NCBI RefSeq assembly: GCF_006345805.1
Contig: NC_043003.1
Location: 115,878,001-115,942,000, forward strand
From: Octopus sinensis
Taxonomy: Eukaryota
Reading direction: 5' to 3'
DNA length: 64,000 nucleotides
Below are positions 53,558-64,000 of this stretch, piece by piece. The notes below the pieces were generated by a model, which worked only from the letters and a program-made list of their open reading frames with translations, was not told where the DNA came from and searched no databases. A program made the translations under genes and the position numbers. Position 1 is the stretch's first letter; the number at the start of each line of letters is the position of its first letter.

Positions 53558-53766
53558 TTGTCCTCATCTTGTTTGTTGTCAACACAACATTTTGGCTGAT
53601 GTACTCTCGAACCTTCATTAAGTGTCCTGGGGGGATTTCGAACCTGGGTTCTCATTCCTAAGATACTTTTCCGATATTATTATTATTACTATTATTCAGG
53701 TTATTGCCTGGAATCGAACTCGGAATCTTGGAGTTAGTACACCGCGCTCTTAACCAGTGCGCCATA
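53558..53766 (-). mobile_element. SINE family E, uninterrupted copy
   Basis: Minus strand TGGCGCACTGGTTAAGAGCGCGG (A-box), GAGTTCGATTCC (B-box), (AAT)n, then CTTAGGAATGAGAACCCAGGTTCGAAAT...GATGAGGACAA. Confidence 0.7.
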
Positions 53767-54155
53767 TGCCGTTACTCATAGTAAAACAGAAGATGAAATC
53801 ATATTTTGTGTTACCATGACATACATTTGCATGCACGTGTATGTGAATATGTTTCTGACTGTTTGTATGTGTGTGTGTATTTAAGAATATATCTGTTTGA
53901 ATGTGTGAATTATTTACACATAGAAGACTGTAAACGTTTCTATAATCGCCATATTGCATTTATTTCTCTTTCTTATGCAATGTATTTAACTAACAGCCAA
54001 GTGCACACACATACACACACCCGCAGATGTATCTGTCTCTCGCTCTCCTTCTCTCACTATCTATCTCTATTTATCTATTTATCTGTCTCTCTCCATTTTT
54101 CTCTCTCTTTCTCTCTCTCTCTCTCTCTTTATCTGTATATATATATATATAAATA

Positions 54156-54389
54156 TATACTTTATTTAAAGCAGCAGAAAATTCAACAAAACCTGTTACT
54201 CTGAGTTTCCCGTTGCCGTTCATCGGACAGATTTTTTCTAGAAAAAACTGTCCAATGAACGGCAACGGGAAACTCAGAGTAACAGGTTTTGTTGAATTTT
54301 CTGCTGCTTTAAATAAAGCATATTACTCTACCACTGGTATTTGTGTACTCTTTTTTCCACCTTGTTTCACATTTATGTGTTTACTCCGG
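54156..54389. mobile_element. Unclassified palindromic element (167-bp hairpin + ~67-bp tail ending ACTCCGG)
   Basis: Near-perfect inverted repeat 54156-54322 centred on TCTAGA; deleted versions at 55077-55263 and 57075-57226. Confidence 0.75.
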
Positions 54390-55036
54390 TATATATATTA
54401 GAAGTAATAAAGTACTTAGAAATCTGGATGTTTTATTTTTATAGATATTTATTAATGTGTCACATGTTTTTATAAATCATATATCAGCGCTTGCGTCCAC
54501 TCTAGTGGAGTCTTCAGATTGAATTTTTCAGGAGATCTGTCTCTTTTTTATAGTATTATTGAATGTGTAAGGGTGGAGAGAGATATAAGATAGTAAATGA
54601 GGGTGAGGAATGGGGAGAAAAGTGATAGAGAGTGCGCGCATGTGTGTGTGTAGATGTATCTGAAAGTAATGTCAATGGAAAAGAGAAGGAAAGAAAGAGA
54701 GAAGAGAGAAGGAAGAAAAATGTATTTACATCTGGTCAGTTCTTTCAATAGAGGGAAATATTAAAAGGAAATATTAGAGAAAGTACTTTTATATAAAGTA
54801 TATGTCGGGACAACCAAGAGCGGATCTCTTCACTATGTTCGGTCGTGTAATCTGCATACACTTTAAGAATATCAAGTGCAAACACTTCTGCTCAGAGTCT
54901 GATACTCACTGAAAATTGTTTGGGTGTGCATGTTACTCTGACCGAACAAGGTGCCTCAACTTAAGTACCAAATTCAGCTGAATCTCGATTATATGCATAT
55001 ATATGTATATTATATATACCTATCTATCTGTGTGTG

Positions 55037-55068
<32 letters not shown>

Positions 55069-55076
55069 ATTTACTT

Positions 55077-55263
55077 TATGCTTTATTTAAAGCAGCAGGA
55101 AATTCGACAAAACCTGTTACTCTGAGTTTCCCGTTGCCGTTCATCGAAACGAGTAACAGGTTTTGTTGAATTTTCTGCTGCTTTAAATAAAACATATTAC
55201 TCTACCACTGGTATTTGAGTACTCTTTTTCCCACCTTGTTTCACATTTATGTGTTTACTCCGG
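55077..55263. mobile_element. Second copy of the palindromic element, centre and inner right arm deleted
   Basis: Same start (TATGCTTTATTTAAAGC) and same tail. Confidence 0.75.
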
Positions 55264-55289
<26 letters not shown>

Positions 55290-55295
<6 letters not shown>

Positions 55296-55500
55296 AAGCA
55301 AAGATGAAAAGACAAAGAGAAAACACAACAACGCGAGGATGTGGAGAAAATATAGTATTATTAGACGCTCAGGAAAGACGGAAAGAAGGAGGGTTTAACG
55401 TCTCGAGCGGAGATCTTCGTCAGAAACATAGGAAACGGAAAGATCCAAGGAAGGGAAGACGGAGGAAAACAAATTGCCAACGGTTCACACGCGGTCATAT
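55290..55500 (-). mobile_element. Short PLE-terminus-like element (subfamily GTTT/AAAC)
   Basis: Similar to 45800-45990. Confidence 0.65.
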
Positions 55501-55502
55501 TT

Positions 55503-55541
<39 letters not shown>

Positions 55542-56060
55542 ATTTAGGAATGGCCAGTTTAGCCAATAAAAACACACGCACTATATATTTGGTGTTACTT
55601 TGCTTCAGTGTTACTTATTTTTTACATTAATCTTAATTTTATTTCGGCCAGAGTTCTTTCGTCACACTCCTGGCAAAATGACCATTCCTAAATACAACAA
55701 TATCTGTTTCAACACACGACTTCACATAAAAAAATCTTGCACAACAAATATTTAAACGTATATATATATATATTTATATATATATAATGTATGTACTGTG
55801 TATTATGCATAATATTGCGTGAGTTTACACTTGTATATCAATAACTGAAATTATATTTTGTTCCTCTCATGGATGAACTATCTTGGACATCGAAACATGT
55901 TGCTGTTTTTATTAAATAGAACTTCAGAATTTATTGAATATTGAGGTGGGATCGGGTGAGTCACTCTCCTATTGGCACCTTTGTTTAATTACTTCCCTAC
56001 CATAAATCCATATACAATATTGGCCTCCATGTTCAGCACAATAAACACAGCACCAACACA

Positions 56061-56106
<46 letters not shown>

Positions 56107-56115
56107 ATATATATG

Positions 56116-56147
<32 letters not shown>

Positions 56148-56249
56148 ATATATATACTATATATACTATATATATATGTTTATACATAAAACGTTTATAA
56201 AATATTATGGATGTATATATATATATATATATATAGTATATATATGCTC

Positions 56250-56303
<54 letters not shown>

Positions 56304-57074
56304 CACAAACACATCCTTATTGAAGGGTAAAAAGAGAGAGAGAGAGATAGTAGCGAAGAAGGAAAGAGAGGAAGAAGTGATATATGAGAGCTTTCTTCTG
56401 ATTTTCTTCTTCTTCACAATAACTTCTTCTCGTTCGTTGTTAATATAGTAATATGTTAGTTATAAGTCATACTCTTAATGTATGTGTCATGAATTATTTG
56501 ATCACGCCAGTGATGTAGTAATAACATCTCTCACTTTGTTCTTAGTCTTCTTCTATTTATTACTTTTCTATATTACATTATTTTCAATATGTCCTCCCTT
56601 CTGTACTTATTTCCTACCTCGACGTAACATCTCTTTGTAGCCCTCGTTCCTTCTCTGCCTTGCTCCAAGTTTTCTCTACTTGAACTTAAAGCATTTCTGT
56701 TATATCTATTCATCGCTTGACCATCCATATATCCAATAACTGTATGGAAGTTGATGCGTTTAAGAAGCTACGTCCGTCAATGTGGGGCTCTATGTGTACA
56801 AAAGAGATGGAGAAAGAAAATAGAGAGCCTCTATGCGTGTAGCTATGCCTGTACATATGATACCTTCACTCTTGATGTCTGTGTTCAGGTGTACATAATG
56901 TCCGTGGATATAATTGTGTATTACACTGAGATATGAGATGATCTTACGCTATGTTTCTCAATTCACTTCCTTTGATTAAGACTGTGTAAACGTGAGAATT
57001 TGTTCGATCTTTCACTGCTAGGAAATGATGTATGCACAAGCGTAAATGTATGTATATACGTCTGTATATATATA

Positions 57075-57226
57075 TATACTTTATTTAAAGCAGTAGAAAA
57101 TTCAACAAAACCTTTTACTCTGAGTTTCCCGTTGCCGTTCATCGGACAGTTTTTATAGTATTACTCTACCACTGGTATTTGAGTACTCTTTTTCCACCTT
57201 GTTTCACATTTATGTGTTTACTCCGG
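57075..57226. mobile_element. Third copy of the palindromic element, whole right arm deleted
   Basis: Left arm joined directly to the tail. Confidence 0.75.
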
Positions 57227-57293
<67 letters not shown>

Positions 57294-57314
57294 TAGATAG
57301 ATAGATAGATAGAT

Positions 57315-57368
<54 letters not shown>

Positions 57369-57385
57369 CAGATAGATAGATAGAC

Positions 57386-57429
<44 letters not shown>

Positions 57430-58126
57430 GTACGTATGTTCGCATGTATGAATGTATATAGGTATGTATATATGTAAGTCCTTTTGTGCGTATGTTTGTG
57501 ACATACCGTATTTATCCCATTGATTTTTATATGTAATCATAAATGCATTTATATATAAGTAACTTAATGTATGCAAGTGTGTGTGTGTATCTATGTATGT
57601 ATGTATGTATGTATGTATGAATGTATGTATGTATGTGTGTGTATATTTTTGTCAGTATGTATCTATATGCAACTATATATGTTGCAATTATATCTGTCTA
57701 GCAATATATCTGTACTACGTCCAAATATGACTTCAAATGCACAAAAACGCAGACACACAAACAAGTGTTCTAAGTATGCAAGTACGAACGTATATATATA
57801 AATCCCGAGACTGGAACAAGAACGCAACAGACGACAATGAAGCATCTGGAGACAGAGACGATGCAAAGACAGACAGGCTATACATACATACATACATACA
57901 TACATACATGCATACATACATGCATACATACTCGTATATCTGCATATGAATATCCATATATATATATATATGTGTGTGTGTATGTATGCGTATGTGTGTG
58001 TGTGCGTGTGTGTGTCTGTCTGTTTATGCATGTATTTATATGTGTACCGATAAGTATATTCATGTATGTGTGTGTGTGTGTGTGTGTCTGAATGTGATTG
58101 AATGTTAACTTGTATTTATTCTTTCA

Positions 58127-58509
58127 GTGGGTGTGTGGTAAGTAGCTTGCTTACGAACCACATGGTTCCGGGCTCAGTCCCACTGCGTGGCACCTTGGGC
58201 AAGTTTCTTATGCTATAGCCTCGGGCCGACCAAAGCCTTATGAGTGGATTTGGTTGACAGAAACTGAAAGAAGCATATATATATATATATGTATATATAG
58301 TATGTGACCTCGTCTGTATCACTAGCGATTTTTTCCCCTGTCTTCCCTTCTCGGGATCTTTCCTTCTCCTATGTTTCCGACGAAGAGCTCCGCTCGAAAC
58401 GTCAAACCCTCCTTTTTTCCTTCTTTCCTGAGCGTCCAATAATACTTTATTTGTTCCACGTCCTTGCGTTGTTGTTTTTTTGTTTTTGTTTTCTTGTTTG
58501 GATTAACTT

Positions 58510-58545
<36 letters not shown>

Positions 58546-58785
58546 ATATATGTATGCATATGTGTGTGTATGTCTGTGTGTCTGTGTTTCTCCCCCAACA
58601 TCGCCTGCGAACCGATGCTGGTGTGTTTACGTCCCCGTAACTTAGCGGTTCGGCAAAAGAGGCCGATAGAATAAGTACTCAGCTTACAAAGAATAAGTCC
58701 TGGGGTCGATTCGTTCGACTAAAGGCGGTGCCCCAGCATGGCCACAGTCTAATGACTGAAACAAGTAAAAGAGAGTAAAAAGAGA
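58127..58785 (+). mobile_element. SINE family B interrupted in its central microsatellite by a PLE-derived short element (~58305-58510)
   Basis: 5' half 58127-58275 and 3' half ~58570-58785 both match family B. Confidence 0.8.
58373..58407 (+). ncRNA. Hammerhead-like motif (core U4>C)
   Basis: GTTT-CCGACGA-A-GAGC-TCC-GCTC-GAAA-C-GTC-AAAC. Confidence 0.5.
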
Positions 58786-59060
58786 AAGTATACTTATTTT
58801 GTCTTTTACCTTGAGTTCGTTTCAGTCTTTAGACTGCGTCAATCCTGGGGCACCGTCTTGGTTTTGTAGCTGAATGAATTGACACCAGTACTTCTTTTTC
58901 AAGTCTGATACTTATTTTCTAGGTCTCCTTTGCTGAACTGCTAAGTTACGGGCACGCTAACGTAAGAACACTTGTTACCAAGCGCTGAGGTTGGTTGTGG
59001 CGGTGTTGGGTAAACACAGAGGGAATGACACACACATAGATATATACATACATATATACA

Positions 59061-59162
<102 letters not shown>

Positions 59163-59352
59163 AAGACTTCCATGCTTCCTGCTTCAAGACTTCCATGCTT
59201 CCTGAGATTCGCCAACACTACACACCTCCATACACACACTAGCATGTTCACTTTCCAGACATTTCTACATTACTGCATGTACTTTATATGCACTTTCTGA
59301 CAAGTTGTGGTGCACCTGAGCACTGTATACAATAATTTCATTATTATTATAA

Positions 59353-59397
<45 letters not shown>

Positions 59398-59400
59398 AAA

Positions 59401-59457
<57 letters not shown>

Positions 59458-59471
59458 AAAATAGATAGATA

Positions 59472-60552
59472 TGTTTCTTTATTAGCCACACAGGGCTGCA
59501 CACAGATAGAACAAATTACAAGGTAGAGCTTTTCTTTTGAAGGTTTAAAAAAAAAAGGAAGGGGGAGTTTCGATCAAAAGGGATCGTAAAAGGAGAGAAA
59601 GAGGACAAAAAAAAAGGGGGGTTAAAAAAGGGGGGAGAGGAAAAAAAATGATCAATAGGGATCGTTATCACAGAAATGTCAATATGAAGTGTAAAGGGGA
59701 GGACAGGTGAGGTTTACCCGTGGAAAGAAAAGCCTACGGAAAAGACCACGGTAACCTCGCTCAATGGAGTCACATGTTATATTTCTTTTTTTTTTTTTTT
59801 TGCGAATAAGCAACTCTCTGTTTTCAATTTCTCGGTTCATAGGATCATGCTCAAGGTGGCTTCGTCATTCATACGTGCCATTCTTGCTACATTCACCAAT
59901 CTTTTTTTTAAAACATTCGCTAGACAAAACTTGCCTCTCTACTCTCACTTTCCTTTTCAAATGGTACTTGAAGAAGTTGATGAGAGATTGACCAGAGAGG
60001 AAAGTGTTTGTCTCCAATCCTTTCAGACGCGTCCACCAGATACATTCTTTCGCCATAGCCACAAGGATGATGAAAATAGCTCTTCCTTCCCGTTTGAAGG
60101 AAGGAGGCGTGACAATATTGACGATAGACTCAGCTGATAAACCGACTCGTCCCACACGTGACAGCAGTTGTTCGACATAAGCCCACAGGTCGGAAATTGT
60201 TGGACACTGCACGAGTGCGTGCAGAACGGTTTCGTCGCTCTGACCGCATCTCGGGCAGGTCGGCCCCGTGTTTCTCGAGCCGTGTCTGTAGAGCTTATCC
60301 CGAACGGCTAGCGCTTCTCGGTAGCACTGCCAGGCCAGGGATCTCTGGAAGTTGTCCATGGGCCCTGGCCCGAAAGTCGTCCTGAACAGGCGGTCAGGTA
60401 CTCCTCGTCGACGTCCAGGTTTGCCCCGAGCTCGTCGTCGTACCTCCCCTCCACTAAACCCCTATAGAATGCTTTGGTTGTGTTGAAGTCATTCAAGGTC
60501 GACCCAGGACGGCAGAGTTGCTTGAGAGCAACGCGACACTCGCGGTGCCATT
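59472..60552 (-). mobile_element. Tx1/L1-group LINE, 5'-truncated 3' fragment, between (GATA)n tracts
   Basis: ORF 59865..60359 contains the C-terminal Cys/His motif CPRCGQSDETVLHALVQC; 3' UTR ends AATAAAGAAACA; (TATC)n on both sides. Confidence 0.8.
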
Positions 60553-60626
<74 letters not shown>

Positions 60627-60627
60627 T

Positions 60628-60790
60628 ACGATGGGCTTCTTTCAGTTTTCGCCTACCAAATCCACTCACAGGGCTTTGATTGGTATTGGTCTGAAAGTTT
60701 GGTAGAAGCACTTGCCCAAGGTGCAACGCAGCGGGACTGAACCCGGAAGCATGTGGTTGGGAAACATGCTCTTACCACACAGCCTAGCCT
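60628..60790 (-). mobile_element. SINE family B 5' half
   Basis: gggcttctttcagtt...cttgcccaagg...gggactgaacccgg...ttaccacacagcc. Confidence 0.75.
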
Positions 60791-61230
60791 GTTTTAGTAC
60801 ATTGAATATGGTAGACCTATTTATTTCCTTACGAATTAAGACTTTGTAATCTTTACATACGAAGTTTGTTTGCCGCCATGGAAATTAGTTCTCCTAAACA
60901 GCATTAAAAATTGCCAAATCAAGTATACTTCTAATTCTAAATGTTAGTTTTTGTCAAATATTTGCGGTACTGACTCTACTTAACAATTAATTTATACACA
61001 TACAACTCATTGTGAAATTCTAAGTTACTGGCCGTCTAATCGAAGGAGTGGGCAGTTCTTAAATTCTCATCGCAGCTACAAACGGTGAATGTCCATACAT
61101 AATGGTTATTTAATAAACATTGCTTAGTAATAGAGTACGATTAATCCTATTCAAAAACACGAATATAAGATTTATAGAGTGAAAAATGAATGGTTTTAAT
61201 AGAAGGTAAGTATAAAAGATGAAAAGACAA

Positions 61231-61636
61231 TCTGTCTCTCTCTATATATATAAAGCTGAGGTTTTCTGTGTGTGTGTGGCAGGTTTGGTAGCCTTCAAGT
61301 AACACTCTCCTCCGAGACCCTGCGGTGCAAGTTGACCAAAATTGAGAGTTTGATAGAAGAAGGCTTCCTCTTCCTTCCGTAGAGGAAAAATTCAAATCGG
61401 ACCATGTTAACACCAAAAATTATTTACATCAAAAAGGTGCTTCTTTCTCTGAAAATCCCTATTTTTTACGATTTTGTGAGAACTGTGTCGCCATTTTTCG
61501 GTGCATTTCAACCAGAAAAATGTTTACATAAAGAGAATAACAAGCTACATAATGCAAAAGTTTTAGTTTTCAAAAATTCTAATTTTAAAGGGTGAAAAAG
61601 AAAACAAACCCGAACAACGCTGGACTATACCGCTAG
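61231..61636 (+). mobile_element. Probable non-autonomous Helitron
   Basis: 5' TCTATATATATAAAGCTG...TGTGTGTG and 3' CCCGAACAACGCTGG...GCTAG|T resemble Helitron TC...hairpin-CTAG termini; the hairpin is degenerate. Confidence 0.45.
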
Positions 61637-61979
61637 TTATAAGGAATGATTGAAATAAAGAACTAAAAGAATAAAGACACAAAGCTGTTACGGACTTTGT
61701 CGCCTCTAACATCAGAGATTGAAATATAAGGGAAATTATTGCTGCGTATTCTTGGTTACGTAGCATTTCAACCCTCCCTTGATTATTCCTCTTGTTTCAA
61801 TGAATGAACAATATTCCTTGTATGTAGACATGTAATTTTGTATGTGCATATATGCGCTCGTTCCGGTGTGTGTATGTGTATGTGTGCGCCTGTGCATGCA
61901 TGTGTGTGTAGGCGTGTTTGTGTGCGTGTCGGTATACACATACAAAGCGTAAAGATGCCCTTTCGCCATGCATGACTAT

Positions 61980-62285
61980 AGGATTGCACCTGGAATGTTA
62001 CCCTCCGTGCTACAAGTCCGTGCAATGCTGCTTATGGAAGATCATCAGCCACCCATTCATACCAGCCTCTCCTCTCCACACCACTGATGTTATCCAACGG
62101 AAAGGCAAAGACCGATACAGCTTGGCACCTGTGTCGTCGCAAATTATTTCTACAGCTTAGTGAACTGGACGAATGTGAAATAAAGTGCCTTGCTCAAGAA
62201 CACAACTCAAAAGTCCGCCCCGGGAGTCGAACTCGCTACGACACGATTGTAGCTCGATACTCTAACCACCTAGCCTTGCTCCTTC
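61980..62285 (-). mobile_element. Diverged SINE, body C with a third tail type
   Basis: gtgaaataaagtgccttgctcaagaacacaac...ggagtcgaactc...tctaaccacctagcc. Confidence 0.55.
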
Positions 62286-62313
62286 ACGTGTATGCATGTA
62301 TAAACGCTCGTAA

Positions 62314-62356
<43 letters not shown>

Positions 62357-62457
62357 AATGTGAGGATAAAATTCTTTTCGAAAAAAAAATTTTCTCGAAA
62401 AAAATTTTATGAATGGCCAGCATATTAAAAATACCTTTAACGGTTAAATTTATAAAC

Positions 62458-62610
62458 AATTCATAAATGAGGGCAAAGGAAAAATATTCTAATGCCAAAC
62501 ATGCCGAAAAATTGGACATATTGTCCATTAACATGTTTAATGGACAATATGTCCAATTTTTCGGCATATTAGGCATTAGAATTTTTTTCATTTGCCCTCA
62601 TTTATGAATT
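62458..62610. repeat. ~153-bp near-perfect palindrome (foldback/MITE-like)
   Basis: AATTCATAAATGAGGGCAAA...centre AACATGTT...TTTGCCCTCATTTATGAATT. Confidence 0.8.
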
Positions 62611-62657
62611 ATATATATATATATAAAGTGTAGGTGCCATACGAGTGGGTATATATT

Positions 62658-62993
62658 TATATAAAAGAAGTTTGGAAACGCCACTATATAAGATTAATTT
62701 TAATTTTCTTAGAGATTTTATATGTTTCGGTTCTTCTTGAAAATCCATTTTCACGATTACAGCCAATGAATCTAGTCAACGCACAAGACAGCCATTATAC
62801 TCCCCCACATAAAACACCGCCACATGGACTCTGTTGAGACTAGTAAATAGCAATTATGAACTTTTTTATTACACTTAATTTTAAAAATATTTTTGATAAG
62901 GTACGTTTTTTCAAGAAGAACCGAAACATGTAAAATGTCTACGAAAATTAAAATTTATCTTATATAGTGGCGTTTTCAAACTTCTTTTATATA
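62658..62993. mobile_element. MITE-like element with ~85-bp imperfect TIRs in TA context
   Basis: TATATAAAAGAAGTTTGGAAACGCCACTATATAAGA... and its inverted copy ending ...CAAACTTCTTTTATATA. Confidence 0.7.
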
Positions 62994-63029
62994 TATATAT
63001 ATTTATAAATATTCATAGCTATATACACA

Positions 63030-63250
63030 TATGATCACGGAACAATATATCAGAAAATATATCGGTGTAGATGAAAAGCTCTGCGAGTGGTTGCATAACA
63101 TTTCGAATGTCAGGAAACAGAGAGTTGCATGCAGAGTCCCTCAGTGGAGCAATTATTTTCGTGACGGATCTCTCAAACATGATCCTAGTCATATTCTCAG
63201 CCACTCCTACCATCAAATTTATCACAGGAAGTTAAGTGCCCTCTGATAAC
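63030..63250 (+). mobile_element. Highly decayed CR1-like RT fragment
   Basis: KLCEWLHNISNVRKQRV..RVPQ resembles the pre-GVPQG segment of LINE RTs. Confidence 0.4.
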
Positions 63251-64000
63251 ATAACACTAGGGAAGTACCTTTACTTTTCTCTACATTCGTTAGTAAAATA
63301 GCTATTAACGTATTGTAATAGGAAGCCTTACGTTTGCCGGTATATGTTTTACCGAATCCCTCGATTTGGACATTGTTACACAGCTATGATCAAACCGGGC
63401 CCATAAAACGATGTGCTTGAATAACGGTAGATATTGTTTTCTGCCATATATATTATTTGTTGTTATTCAAACAGTATTTATGTTATCAGGTACGGCAGGC
63501 CGCACATGTTTAGAAGACAGAAGCTGTAAAGGAAGAGGGTTTTTAATGGACTCCACTTCATTGGTATATTTTATTGAGGTATAAAAGAATGTCTTTATAT
63601 TATGAATAAGCGACACACATGACGTAATGATCAATAGAATAATAAAACTGAATGAACGACGACGTATACGGGTAAAATGGGAACATGATATTAAGCAAAT
63701 GAGAAACTCAATATAATGAGTAGCTTAATGAGAAGATAAATGGCAGAAAGAAAGAAGGCTGCAATGATTGAAAGGTGTAATTGTCAGAAAACCAAAATGA
63801 ACATGTATTTTGAGTAGAAAGCAGAACGGAAAACAGAAGAAAAGAAAGAACGAATAAGCAAATCAGCTAATAACTGAATGGCAGAAGAGTAGCGTGAGGA
63901 AGAACTAAATAAATCTGTTTTAATATAATCTGAATAATGTGTTTTATGAAGGCATTATTAATGGAAAAATAATGCGAAAGAGTAATTAAACGGTTTAATG

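Overview
AT-rich, microsatellite-dense eukaryotic genomic DNA. The repeat landscape resembles coleoid cephalopods such as Octopus, but this is an inference not checked against any database. Nearly all ORFs in the supplied track are microsatellite or repeat artefacts. One intact host gene can be assembled by hand on the + strand from three exons (4686-4743, 7408-7560, 9715-9785). It encodes a 93-aa protein with a signal peptide and a 73-aa mature region containing 9 Cys. The rest is a layered transposon landscape: several tRNA-derived SINE families; decayed mariner, CR1-like, Tx1-like, R4/Dong-like and Penelope-like (PLE) elements; MITE-like palindromes; and a probable non-autonomous Helitron. 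The most unusual signals are: (i) eight minimal hammerhead-ribozyme-like motifs with covarying stems, two of them in the tail of a tRNA-headed SINE; (ii) a SINE family whose 3' ~50 nt match the 3' end of the Tx1-like LINE in this window and which forms exact 184-bp head-to-tail arrays, possibly by inserting into its own head; (iii) repeated insertion of R4/Dong-type elements into (TAA)n tracts; and (iv) a palindromic element present three times with progressive collapse of its hairpin.
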